Virus record (IMG/VR): IMGVR_UViG_3300012940_001437
Coordinates: 1-34,887 of that record
Strand: one strand, 5' to 3'
Length of the DNA: 34,887 bases
From: a virus
Lineage: Duplodnaviria; Caudoviricetes
Shown here one piece after another: positions 1 to 8,116 of this stretch (the first letter of the stretch is position 1; each line of letters begins with the position of its first letter). Both the position numbers and the translations under genes were made by a program. A model generated the notes under the pieces. The model made no database searches and was not told the DNA's origin. It saw only the letters and a list, made by a program, of their open reading frames with translations.

Positions 1-126
1 CGGGGTTTTCACGGCGTGCGCGAACGAGATCGGGCTGACGCGATCGTGCTGGTGAGGGCCGAACCCCTCCCAGCCGAAGCTGCCGCCGAGATCGCCTTCG
101 AAGCGCATCATGTCGCTCTCGAATGA
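1..126 (-). pseudogene. Fragment of a host S9 (prolyl oligopeptidase/acylaminoacyl peptidase) gene, cut off from its 5' part at the prophage junction; runs off the window
   Basis: My translation of the minus frame gives SFESDMMRFEGDLGGSFGWEGFGPHQHDRVSPISFAHAVKTP. The SPI...KTP segment precedes the LILHG motif in S9 peptidases. An in-frame TAA at 148-150 lies just upstream. Confidence 0.65.
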
Positions 127-340
127 CGTTACAAGTTGCACCGGCACTTACCCTCACCTGGACCTCAAACGAGGTAGAGCGCATTCTATCTGTTCAGTCG
201 GAATAATAGATGCGCCTAGCCAAAGGTTCCCATTGCTACGGCTGTCCTATTTGGGTACACCCAGTTCGATCTTATTAGTAGGCCATTATGGTCAGGGTCA
301 GTCGGCGTATCCCAGGAGTTTAGGGGTGTACAGGGCGAGG

Positions 341-628
341 ATGCTTGCGGTATCAACGGAGACCGACGAGCGCGTACAACTTATTCGCAAGATCGCAGAG
401 TTCATCTCCGCGGCTGCGATTGGAGAGATACAGGACCGCGAGCCAGAGATCGAATCGCAGTTCGGAGCCGCAGCCACTCACGAGATTATCGAAGCGGTTA
501 TCAACGCGGGTATCGCCGGTTGCGCTAAGGCGGTCGATACGCTGGTGGCTTCCGTTGGCTCCGAGAACCCCTCGACGCCATCGCAACTCCTGAACATCGA
601 GAGTTGCCCTCTCCCCTTCGCGTCCTAA
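341..628 (+). CDS. Hypothetical helical protein (95 aa); only plausible plus-strand gene
   Basis: ATG at 341 preceded by GAGG; 3' part of ORF 110..628; followed by a terminator. Confidence 0.55.
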   Translation: MLAVSTETDERVQLIRKIAEFISAAAIGEIQDREPEIESQFGAAATHEIIEAVINAGIAGCAKAVDTLVASVGSENPSTPSQLLNIESCPLPFAS

Positions 629-635
629 ATTGCAC

Positions 636-676
636 AAAAGGCTGGCGATCAATCATCGTCCGCCTTTCTTTGTTTT
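636..676. terminator. Probable bidirectional intrinsic terminator between convergent genes
   Basis: AAAGGC-T-GGCGAT-loop-ATCGTC-C-GCCTTT stem, with a T-rich tail on + and an A-run on the other side. Confidence 0.65.
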
Positions 677-694
677 CGGTCTTGGCCTAGCCGG

Positions 695-928
695 TTACGC
701 GCTAGGACCGTCGCCGGCCGAATCGGTCGATCCCTTTAGCACGGTAGGCACGATGCCGTGATCCTCCAGCCAGTTGTGGGCGTAACTCACCGCAAAGGTC
801 AATAGGACCGTTCCGACTGCCTGCCCGCTCGCGCCGAGCCCGAGAAACCACTGGTTGACCGCATCGGCGAACACCGCCGAGATCAGTACTTGCATCAGCG
901 TTCGTAACGCACGATCACGCTCGCTCAA
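695..928 (-). CDS. Small two-TM membrane protein, holin-like
   Basis: 77 aa, two hydrophobic segments, N-terminal DRALRTLMQ resembling r1t-type holins, purine-rich RBS. Confidence 0.55.
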   Translation of the reverse strand: MSERDRALRTLMQVLISAVFADAVNQWFLGLGASGQAVGTVLLTFAVSYAHNWLEDHGIVPTVLKGSTDSAGDGPSA

Positions 929-990
929 TCAACAAACCCCCTTGACGCGCCACATGGCTCTGAGAGCCTCAATTTCCGCCCAACCAATGT

Positions 991-1010
991 GATTGGTCAC
1001 TTGGACAATT
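991..1010. promoter_or_regulatory. 20-bp palindromic motif copy 1 (GATTGGTCACTTGGACAATT)
   Basis: Intergenic; matches AATTGTCCAYRTGGACAATT with a degenerate left arm. Confidence 0.7.
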
Positions 1011-1038
1011 CTAACTCGTCATGGGGCCAATTCTCGCG

Positions 1039-2274
1039 TCAAAGGCTAATCCCCACACCAATGCTGAACCTAGATGCCGAAGTCGCCATGAGATCGAACG
1101 ACCAGTCGGGATCGGCAAACAGTCTCGCCGCTTCAAGGTCCGAAAGATCGCGGTCGAAGATCATGAGATCGCGCACGTAAGCATTGAAGTCTTGACTGGT
1201 GTGCAGCCCAATTGATAGCTCGGGTGCAAGAGAGGCAAGTGGCCCACTAGCGGCAGAGGCTGTTTTTACCCCATTGAGGAACGCCGCGACGTTTGTTCCA
1301 TTCCAACGGAAAATGACGGTATTCGTTTGGTCACGAACGAAGGTGGTTGCTGGACTGAGTGTCAATTTGCCCGAGTTATTGTCCCGCATCACGTATTGCA
1401 TGCGATCCGATCCAGTTGCGCGGGTAATCGCTACGAAGCTGTTCGGGCCTCCGTATTGACCAGCGAATACGAGATAACCCGTATTGGCGTTGCCGGCCCA
1501 TGAAGGCACTAAGAACCGGGCGGCGATCGTGCCTTTGTCTGGAAATATGCGCCCAGTTGGCAACGTGACGAGGCGAGCGCCGGATCGAGTGCTTGCACTC
1601 GCATGCGGGGTCGTCGCCCAGGAGTAGCCGACTCCCATCGATCCCGCCGCAAGCGAGGTCGAATAGGCTTTAGCTTCGATCTGCGCCCCGGTCACATCAA
1701 GCACATCGCCAGCAGCACTTCCGGCCACAAGGTAGACGAGCAAGGTGAGATTGTGCCCATCCCCCTCGCACGTGCCGCTTACGGTGATGAGTTGTGCGCC
1801 TCCGGTCAATGTTGTTGTGATATTGCTAGCGCGATTGGGAGTTGTCGCCCCACTCTCATAGATTTGGACGCCGACCTTTTTGCCAATCGTCTGTCCGTTC
1901 GCGCGCACAAGTAATTGACCGGAGATCGGCCCTCCGGCAACGCTCCCCGCATTCCATACCGCGCATTGATGCCCGCTGTTATTGACATCGGACCATGTGA
2001 ATCGAGCCGCGGTTGGAATGATGCCCGCCGTGGGGTGCTGCATCCCAGCGTTAGTTAGCCATGTCCGAATAACATTCGTTCCCGCCGCAAAGCTGCCCCC
2101 TTCAACAGCTAGCGGGTTTGGTGCCTGATTGACGGTCGGCTCTTCCGGAAGATAGCCCTCACCGCTCGGTCCGAAGTGCACAGGTCCCGAACTTGGAAGG
2201 GGGAATACCCCAGCACGATCCCGAGCAATGAGGTCATCGACCAGGGCTGCATGCAATAGGGTTGGGTTGCCCAT
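1039..2274 (-). CDS. Head-spike fibre / carbohydrate-binding protein with C-terminal LamG/ConA-like domain
   Basis: GYLPEEPTVN and GAQIEAKAYSTS resemble the GLLIE..TN and QLE.G..ATSY motifs of RcGTA Rcc01080-like fibres; LamG-like C-terminus (FLNGV...LSIG...DLMIFDRDLSDLE). Confidence 0.7.
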   Translation of the reverse strand: MGNPTLLHAALVDDLIARDRAGVFPLPSSGPVHFGPSGEGYLPEEPTVNQAPNPLAVEGGSFAAGTNVIRTWLTNAGMQHPTAGIIPTAARFTWSDVNNSGHQCAVWNAGSVAGGPISGQLLVRANGQTIGKKVGVQIYESGATTPNRASNITTTLTGGAQLITVSGTCEGDGHNLTLLVYLVAGSAAGDVLDVTGAQIEAKAYSTSLAAGSMGVGYSWATTPHASASTRSGARLVTLPTGRIFPDKGTIAARFLVPSWAGNANTGYLVFAGQYGGPNSFVAITRATGSDRMQYVMRDNNSGKLTLSPATTFVRDQTNTVIFRWNGTNVAAFLNGVKTASAASGPLASLAPELSIGLHTSQDFNAYVRDLMIFDRDLSDLEAARLFADPDWSFDLMATSASRFSIGVGISL

Positions 2275-2277
2275 CGT

Positions 2278-2622
2278 CTAGCTCACCGGCTCCTCTTCGG
2301 GATTGGAAGCCGGATCGACCGGATCGGTCGAGATTCCGGCGTAAGCGTTCCACGCTCCTGAAATCGCGGTCTCGATCTCGGTATCTGTCACGTCCGCGGG
2401 ATTGGTCTTTTCCACTTGAGCCATCACGGCCTCGGCAAAGCGCGGCGCGTAGGTATCGGGGTAGTTGAGAACCATGCGCGACAGATTCGCCCGGTTGGCG
2501 TGGTTCTCGGTGTTGCTCGCCTCGGCGGAGATCTGGATAGCCGCCGAGATCGCTAGGAATTTCACGCGGCGCTGGAGTGTCACGTCTTGCGCAGCGAGTG
2601 CGCGCTCGTCAACCGTTGCCAT
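2278..2622 (-). CDS. Hypothetical phage virion-associated protein
   Basis: 114 aa ORF tightly packed between spike base and fibre genes. Confidence 0.7.
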   Translation of the reverse strand: MATVDERALAAQDVTLQRRVKFLAISAAIQISAEASNTENHANRANLSRMVLNYPDTYAPRFAEAVMAQVEKTNPADVTDTEIETAISGAWNAYAGISTDPVDPASNPEEEPVS

Positions 2623-2643
2623 GTGGTTATTGCCATCCCTGGG

Positions 2644-2904
2644 TTAGTTCAAGCCGATAATGCCGGTGGCCGTAGTTCCGGTGGCCCAAACACGTTTCGC
2701 GCGAATTGGATGCGCTACCCCGCCGGCTAGACCGGCGAATGTCACCGGATTCGTGTCGCCGACGAGCGTTACCCGCACGTCTCCGCCAGCGCCGACATAG
2801 AGACCGCGTGTCGGTGTCTCAAGGTCGTTTGTGTCGTTCGGCGAGATCGCTACGGCTTGGCTAGCCGGGCTCATCACGCTCCCGGCATCGTCATAGAGCG
2901 TCAA
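2644..2904 (-). CDS. Head spike base protein (RcGTA Rcc01079-like)
   Basis: 86 aa with SPA..AVAISPND..DL...TRGLYVG.GGDVRV...HPIRAKRVWATGTTATGIIGL, the characteristic pattern of this family. Confidence 0.8.
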   Translation of the reverse strand: MTLYDDAGSVMSPASQAVAISPNDTNDLETPTRGLYVGAGGDVRVTLVGDTNPVTFAGLAGGVAHPIRAKRVWATGTTATGIIGLN

Positions 2905-2922
2905 TGGCTTCCCCTTTCCGAG

Positions 2923-3975
2923 TTACCCCTCTAGGTACTCAATTGCAGTCCGGAGACTCGCGAACCCAACCATTTGCCGGCGCCACGGGTTGAACACCAC
3001 TACCGGGGTTCCGATGTGTGACTGGAATCCGAACTCCGCTGCATGCCCGTCCTTGACCTTGTAGCTTCCTGTCCGAACGAAAACCCGCTCGGCGCCGAGC
3101 ATTGGCGCGGTCTCGATGCTCGGTTCGTGCTGGTGCTCGACCACAACCACATCCGGCAGCTTGCCGGCACCGTTCACTGTTCCGAATCGCAGTGCCTGGC
3201 GAGCCGCATGTGTAGGGTTGTATCGCGAGCTCATCGGCGGACGGTGCTTGCGGTAGATCACGTATTCTTGCTGGCCGATCGTGAGATCAATGAATCCACC
3301 TTCTCCGGTATAGATCGCAGGCAGCCCGTGGAGAGCGGCAAGCGTTCCATCGATCCCGGCAGCGCGACGCGTCCAGGCGTTGTGGTTGCCATCGCCTACG
3401 GCAATAAGACTCTTGCTCTCAAGCAGTTCGAGCACGACATGCCGGAATAGCGACCATTGCACGATCGGCGGCGTTGCACCCTCGTCACGTGCGGCATGAG
3501 CGAGCTTGGAGAGCACGTAGTTATCAACGGCATCGCCACCAAGCACAACCTTGAGATGCGAGCATGAGGTAATCAGGGCGAGGTCTCGCCGGATAGCTTT
3601 GTGATCGGTCCCCATGCCGCCGATGTGGAGATCGGCGACGAACGCGATACCGATTGGTCGATCAGTTTCGATCCTAACCGGCAGCTCCGTAACGATCCGA
3701 TCTCGTTCAGCGGTAACCGCTTCCTGATGCTCAATGACCGCATCCCATAGCCGTTCCGGCTCGGAATCCGCCTTGATCTCCGGCAGCGTCATCACCGGTT
3801 CGGCGATCTCTTTGCGCCGACGCCGCGGTCGCCCGCCGGTAGCGCGGTAGTGGTACCGCTGCCACCGGTAGGCGTCGAACTCAAACCGCCCCGCATACTT
3901 CGCGTCGAACTCCTTCCATGAAAGTTCGGCGGCATCTTTTCGTGCTTCCTCTGTCCATGCGGGGGAGACAGTCAT
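2923..3975 (-). CDS. Calcineurin-like metallophosphoesterase
   Basis: Motifs DLH, GGDAVD, GNH, H, EHQH in the correct order. Confidence 0.8.
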   Translation of the reverse strand: MTVSPAWTEEARKDAAELSWKEFDAKYAGRFEFDAYRWQRYHYRATGGRPRRRRKEIAEPVMTLPEIKADSEPERLWDAVIEHQEAVTAERDRIVTELPVRIETDRPIGIAFVADLHIGGMGTDHKAIRRDLALITSCSHLKVVLGGDAVDNYVLSKLAHAARDEGATPPIVQWSLFRHVVLELLESKSLIAVGDGNHNAWTRRAAGIDGTLAALHGLPAIYTGEGGFIDLTIGQQEYVIYRKHRPPMSSRYNPTHAARQALRFGTVNGAGKLPDVVVVEHQHEPSIETAPMLGAERVFVRTGSYKVKDGHAAEFGFQSHIGTPVVVFNPWRRQMVGFASLRTAIEYLEG

Positions 3976-5408
3976 TACGCGGCAACCTCGCTCTCAAGCG
4001 GTCGGAACGATTCGTTATGGTTTGGGCGCCAGAGCGTGAAGCTCTCGAATCGGTAGTACTCGCGGCCGTCTGCGAAGAGCCACACGTCAACGATCCGGGT
4101 GTAGCCGAATACAGCCCCGTACTTGAGCCACGACTGAGAGACCGGGCCCTTTTCGTTGAATTCGTAGACCTTGCCGCCTTCCTGATAGCGACCAAAAAGC
4201 CATCCTGCGATGCCGGCATCCATGCCCGATGGATACCCCGAAACGGTCGGCACAGACGTTCCTCCTTTAGCGATGATCTTCCCGACGTTTTCGACAAAAG
4301 TTGGCCAGTACCCCTCACTCATCATGAGATCGGGGCAGTGGTGACGATCGGTGCTCCCCGAGTTGAAGTCCCAATGCCGCTTGACGCGATCTACGCCCAT
4401 CCCGAGCGCGCGCATGACTCCCCCCGCTAATGCCTCAGCATTGTGGCGAGCGGTAGCCTTATCACTTTCAGGGTTGATGCAGAGTTCGCACGAGATGCCG
4501 GACATATTGCCCTGACCGTCGCCGTCCGCGGCTTGCCACGTAACTTCATCGATCGGAATCTTCTGGTAGATCACACCCGAATCGACGGTGAAGTGGTAGG
4601 AGAGCTTTTGCGAAACCCCGTATTGATTGGGTGCGCCCTGATCCAGGTACCGGCTGTGCATTGCCGCTCCGGCTCCAGGATCAGGATTTCCGGTCTCATG
4701 CTGCACCCAATACCCCGGCGTTTGCCGCTTAATTCCCGGTCGCTGGTTGGTCTGCTCAGTGGGGATGAGATCGACAATGAGCGGAACCGGTAGTTCGATT
4801 GGAGTCGTCAGCCCGGCGACTCGATATAGCGCCATCGTTCCTCCTTTGGCGTTGGCGTCCGGTAAATTTGGCCATATGGACAATCCGCGGTCACAAATAG
4901 CCGCGGTCCCTCGTGGATTGGTCCACCACCTCCCTTGCAGGTCACTAAGCACGCGGGCAATGCCGGCGTAGCCCTTCTCAATTGCATCGTCGTATCGAGG
5001 ATCGAGCGAGATGTACGGTTCGAGCCGATGGCCCTTTGGGATCAAGCCGCGGACGTAGAGGTACATGTGCACGACGTATGCGCGCGCAGCCTCGGTGCCG
5101 TTTCTGTACGGCTTGATCTCAAGCTCGCCATCAGTAATGCCGATGCCGGCCGGATTGAGCCATTCCTCCCAGGCATCGGATAGCCACCCGCCGCCGCGTT
5201 TTTCGTCTCCGGTTTCGACGGCGGAATGAGCGCCGAGAATCGCGAAATCGAAACCAATGGTCGGATCGTTGCAAAGCGATTCGAGCTCCGCAGAAAACAA
5301 GCGAACATCCGTCATGCGCTTCGCACCGATACTTGCCGCGTAGGTATTTAGTTGCGCCGCAGTACCGCGGCTTTTGCCCGCGATCGGGTCACTTGGTCTG
5401 ATCGGCAT
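3975..5408 (-). CDS. Multidomain endolysin: glucosaminidase-like domain + N-acetylmuramoyl-L-alanine amidase (Amidase_2) + C-terminal domain
   Basis: AHSAVETG...NPAGIG in the N-domain; QHETGN, SYHFTVD, ISCELC, RHWD, HHCP zinc-amidase motifs. Confidence 0.85.
   Translation of the reverse strand: MPIRPSDPIAGKSRGTAAQLNTYAASIGAKRMTDVRLFSAELESLCNDPTIGFDFAILGAHSAVETGDEKRGGGWLSDAWEEWLNPAGIGITDGELEIKPYRNGTEAARAYVVHMYLYVRGLIPKGHRLEPYISLDPRYDDAIEKGYAGIARVLSDLQGRWWTNPRGTAAICDRGLSIWPNLPDANAKGGTMALYRVAGLTTPIELPVPLIVDLIPTEQTNQRPGIKRQTPGYWVQHETGNPDPGAGAAMHSRYLDQGAPNQYGVSQKLSYHFTVDSGVIYQKIPIDEVTWQAADGDGQGNMSGISCELCINPESDKATARHNAEALAGGVMRALGMGVDRVKRHWDFNSGSTDRHHCPDLMMSEGYWPTFVENVGKIIAKGGTSVPTVSGYPSGMDAGIAGWLFGRYQEGGKVYEFNEKGPVSQSWLKYGAVFGYTRIVDVWLFADGREYYRFESFTLWRPNHNESFRPLESEVAA
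4866..4885. promoter_or_regulatory. 20-bp palindromic motif copy 2 (ATTTGGCCATATGGACAATC)
   Basis: Inside the endolysin, 18 nt upstream of the internal RBS at 4840-4847. Confidence 0.7.
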
Positions 5409-5736
5409 GTTCTGTCACCTTCGTCACGGCATCGACGGCCGCGCCAACCTTGATCTCTCCAGCAAGCACGCGGATAAGTAGGGACCGGGTTTCAGCGAGC
5501 TCTTGCCGCATTTGCAACCGCTCTTCCCGGCTCTCGGACTCCAATCGATCGTGACGGGACTTGAGGTCTTCATACTTCGCGTTCGTTGCGGAGATTTCCG
5601 CTTTCGCGCTCTCCTGGACCGCGGATAGCTCCCGCGGGCTCACTATCCATCCCTTGTAGTGGGCGTAGATTGCAAGCAGGGGAAAGCCAATCGTGTTGAG
5701 TAGCGGGAGCCAATCGGCGGGGTTATTCACGCTCAT
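5389..5736 (-). CDS. Putative holin (N-terminal TM + coiled coil)
   Basis: LLNTIGFPLLAIYA hydrophobic segment; RBS AAAGGAGGTGA; directly upstream of the endolysin. Confidence 0.6.
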   Translation of the reverse strand: MSVNNPADWLPLLNTIGFPLLAIYAHYKGWIVSPRELSAVQESAKAEISATNAKYEDLKSRHDRLESESREERLQMRQELAETRSLLIRVLAGEIKVGAAVDAVTKVTEHADQTK

Positions 5737-5746
5737 TCACCTCCTT

Positions 5747-6079
5747 TCACTGCTGCTCGATTGCCGGCAACGGCACGCCGTCCAGCATCAGATCGCGAAT
5801 GACTTCAATCGCCCGCTTTGTCGCATCGGGGTCGGCCTCAAGATCGAGCGATTGCAATGCGCCGAGCATCTCTGCGCGCTGTCGCTCGGCGCTCGTTGGG
5901 GTCGGCACATAGGAGGCGAGGTCGGCGGCCGGGCTGCGATTGGCGCTCACGGTAACCCCGTGAATGTCAATCGCAGCCCAATCGACGGCATAACCGATGC
6001 TGGAGAGCCATTCATGGATGCGGCCCGCGTCATCGGATTCGGTCATTGCTTCCGGCTTCGGCAGGATGTAAATCGGCAT
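5747..6079 (-). CDS. Hypothetical protein (possible tail-fibre accessory)
   Basis: 110 aa, TAATG-coupled to the upstream tail gene. Confidence 0.7.
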   Translation of the reverse strand: MPIYILPKPEAMTESDDAGRIHEWLSSIGYAVDWAAIDIHGVTVSANRSPAADLASYVPTPTSAERQRAEMLGALQSLDLEADPDATKRAIEVIRDLMLDGVPLPAIEQQ

Positions 6080-6975
6080 TAGGCTGTCCTCTGCGCAATG
6101 GCAATCACAAACGGATTGCGCGAGCTCGTGGTGCCTGTGGCACTCGACTTGAACTGAATTTCGATCGTGATCGTTCGCCCCCCGGCAACGCTCGCGCGGG
6201 TGTGATCGTCCAGAGTTGTGGTCCAGGCTGACGAGCTCATAACAAGCGTGCGCGCGGTGCCGGCGTTGCCGTCGATAACGGTTTGCAGGTTTGACGAACC
6301 GCCTCCGGAGTGTTGGAGCATCGCGCCGCCGAGCGCGTATACAGTCCAGGTACCCGCGGGGAGTGCGAGATTCAGGGTTTGCGCAGTCGCGAATGTCGTT
6401 GTGCTAGTCGTGGATGCAGTGTCCGCCGCGCTCTGCGCGAGTACGCCTACGACCGGCGTATTCAGACTCGCAGCCGTTACCGCCCCATCAAACCGTGCCG
6501 CTCCGGTCGTGCTGTCCAGGTTCCATTTCGCACCCGTCGCCGGTCCGCTCCCGTCATCCGCGAATCCGGAAAGATGCACTCCGTTGACCGCTGCGACATT
6601 CGACGGTGCCAGCGAATCGACGCGAAATACGAGCGTGCCATCGTTCTTGCCAACCGCGAATGCATGGTCATCGTCGCGTTTGATCGTGAGCGGAGCAGAA
6701 ATCGTGTAGACGCCCGGCGCAGATCGCACGAGCTGACCGAGTGCAACCGGCTTCCCTCCGAGATCGAGCATGACCACTTCGGCGCCGGAAGCGAGGTCGA
6801 AGCCGGCGAGTCGCGAGTACGCCTCGCCATCAGGGCTACCAGCACCGAGTCGGGTAATCGTGATCGGTCCAGATCCTCCCGAACTCACCGTTGCTCGCCA
6901 CGGCATGAGCCGTCCGATGATGCCCATGAGATCGTCACGGAGGTCCTTGTAAAAATCGCGCGCCTTGCTCGCCAT
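6079..6975 (-). CDS. Minor tail / tail-fibre protein
   Basis: Start reassigned to ATG 6975 (TGATG overlap with the upstream stop); Gly/Ser/Thr/Ala-rich, beta-rich; last gene of the tail module. Confidence 0.65.
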   Translation of the reverse strand: MASKARDFYKDLRDDLMGIIGRLMPWRATVSSGGSGPITITRLGAGSPDGEAYSRLAGFDLASGAEVVMLDLGGKPVALGQLVRSAPGVYTISAPLTIKRDDDHAFAVGKNDGTLVFRVDSLAPSNVAAVNGVHLSGFADDGSGPATGAKWNLDSTTGAARFDGAVTAASLNTPVVGVLAQSAADTASTTSTTTFATAQTLNLALPAGTWTVYALGGAMLQHSGGGSSNLQTVIDGNAGTARTLVMSSSAWTTTLDDHTRASVAGGRTITIEIQFKSSATGTTSSRNPFVIAIAQRTA

Positions 6976-8066
6976 CAGGCCACCGTCCTGTATGGAACGA
7001 GTTTGTTGAGGTCGTGGGTCATCGGACCGTCGCTCGGCGTAAACCCAACGCTCCAACCGGTGCACCACCACACGCCCTCTGCGACGATCCCCGCAGCGTT
7101 GCTAATCGCGAGTTCGTAGACCTCGTGCGGGTTCCTGCTCGGGTCAGGCGTGGTGGTGAGTTTGAGGCGCGTATAGACGGATGCGGCTTCCTGAAGCGTT
7201 CGGGCTACGAGCTTATCTGCCTCGGATTGTGATGCGATGTTCTGATCTTTGATCGTGCGGCCGATCGTGATTCCGAGGGTCACGGTCGAGACCGGGCTCG
7301 CCGGGTTATCGTTGACGCCGAAGGCAATCAGCGGGTCTTTCGCCGGATCGTCTCGAATCACCGTCACCTGATTGACGATTCGACCGGGGTCCGGGTCGAT
7401 CTCCACCGTACGGATCACGCGCACTTTCCCGAGAGCCGGGGTTGCATAGCTAACTGCCGGCTGCACACTCTCCATGTCGCGCCAGGGCATTGACGCGAGG
7501 TATCCATCGCGAAGCATGTAAAGGGTGTAGAACCCGGTCCCCCCGAGAATGTCGTTGACGAGATCGAGCTTGCTGGTATCCGGTGGCCAAGTCGTGTCGC
7601 TGTCAAAGGTGAGCGGCGAATCGGCGATCACGTGCCGCGTAAGCCCCATCGCGTTGAGCACAATCCGAACGGCTTCGATTCGGTTCGTTCCGGCCGTCAC
7701 CGTGTACGGCGCCGTAAGCGTGTCAACCGAAAGAAGCCATGTCAGATCGCGCCCATCGAGATCGCCACGGGTGAGTTGAGTCGAGGCGCTTTGCTTTGGC
7801 GGTGCTACGGCATAGAGACCAACCTGCTCGGTGATCACCTCGCCGTCGGGATAGACGAGGGTGAGGACCGGCGCCAGGAAATCTCGGTAAGGGTCGATCA
7901 CCTCAGGATCGCTGACCTTGACCGCGAAACTCATCTTGATCGCCCGGTCCTCGTCATAGGTCACCCGCCCGCTGCTCACGTAGCGAGTGATGTCCTCCCG
8001 AAACTCATTGAGCTTGGTGGCACGCCAGAGCGTTGGTTTGATTTGTACGTTTCCGACGCGAGGCAT
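6975..8066 (-). CDS. Baseplate hub / tail-tip (Tal-like) protein
   Basis: 363 aa downstream of tape measure; GRDL, VNQVTV and LTTTPDP pattern typical of siphophage hub proteins; RBS GAGGAGG. Confidence 0.65.
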   Translation of the reverse strand: MPRVGNVQIKPTLWRATKLNEFREDITRYVSSGRVTYDEDRAIKMSFAVKVSDPEVIDPYRDFLAPVLTLVYPDGEVITEQVGLYAVAPPKQSASTQLTRGDLDGRDLTWLLSVDTLTAPYTVTAGTNRIEAVRIVLNAMGLTRHVIADSPLTFDSDTTWPPDTSKLDLVNDILGGTGFYTLYMLRDGYLASMPWRDMESVQPAVSYATPALGKVRVIRTVEIDPDPGRIVNQVTVIRDDPAKDPLIAFGVNDNPASPVSTVTLGITIGRTIKDQNIASQSEADKLVARTLQEAASVYTRLKLTTTPDPSRNPHEVYELAISNAAGIVAEGVWWCTGWSVGFTPSDGPMTHDLNKLVPYRTVA

Positions 8067-8085
8067 TCGCCACTGACCTCCTCAC

Positions 8086-8105
8086 AATTGTCCACATGGA
8101 CAATT
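8086..8105. promoter_or_regulatory. 20-bp palindromic motif copy 3 (AATTGTCCACATGGACAATT)
   Basis: Intergenic, 19 nt upstream of ATG 8066. Confidence 0.9.
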
Positions 8106-8116
8106 TTACTTCGTAC

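Noticed and set aside
110-340. 5' extension of ORF 110..628
   Set aside because: Crosses the inferred att junction, has no RBS and atypical composition.
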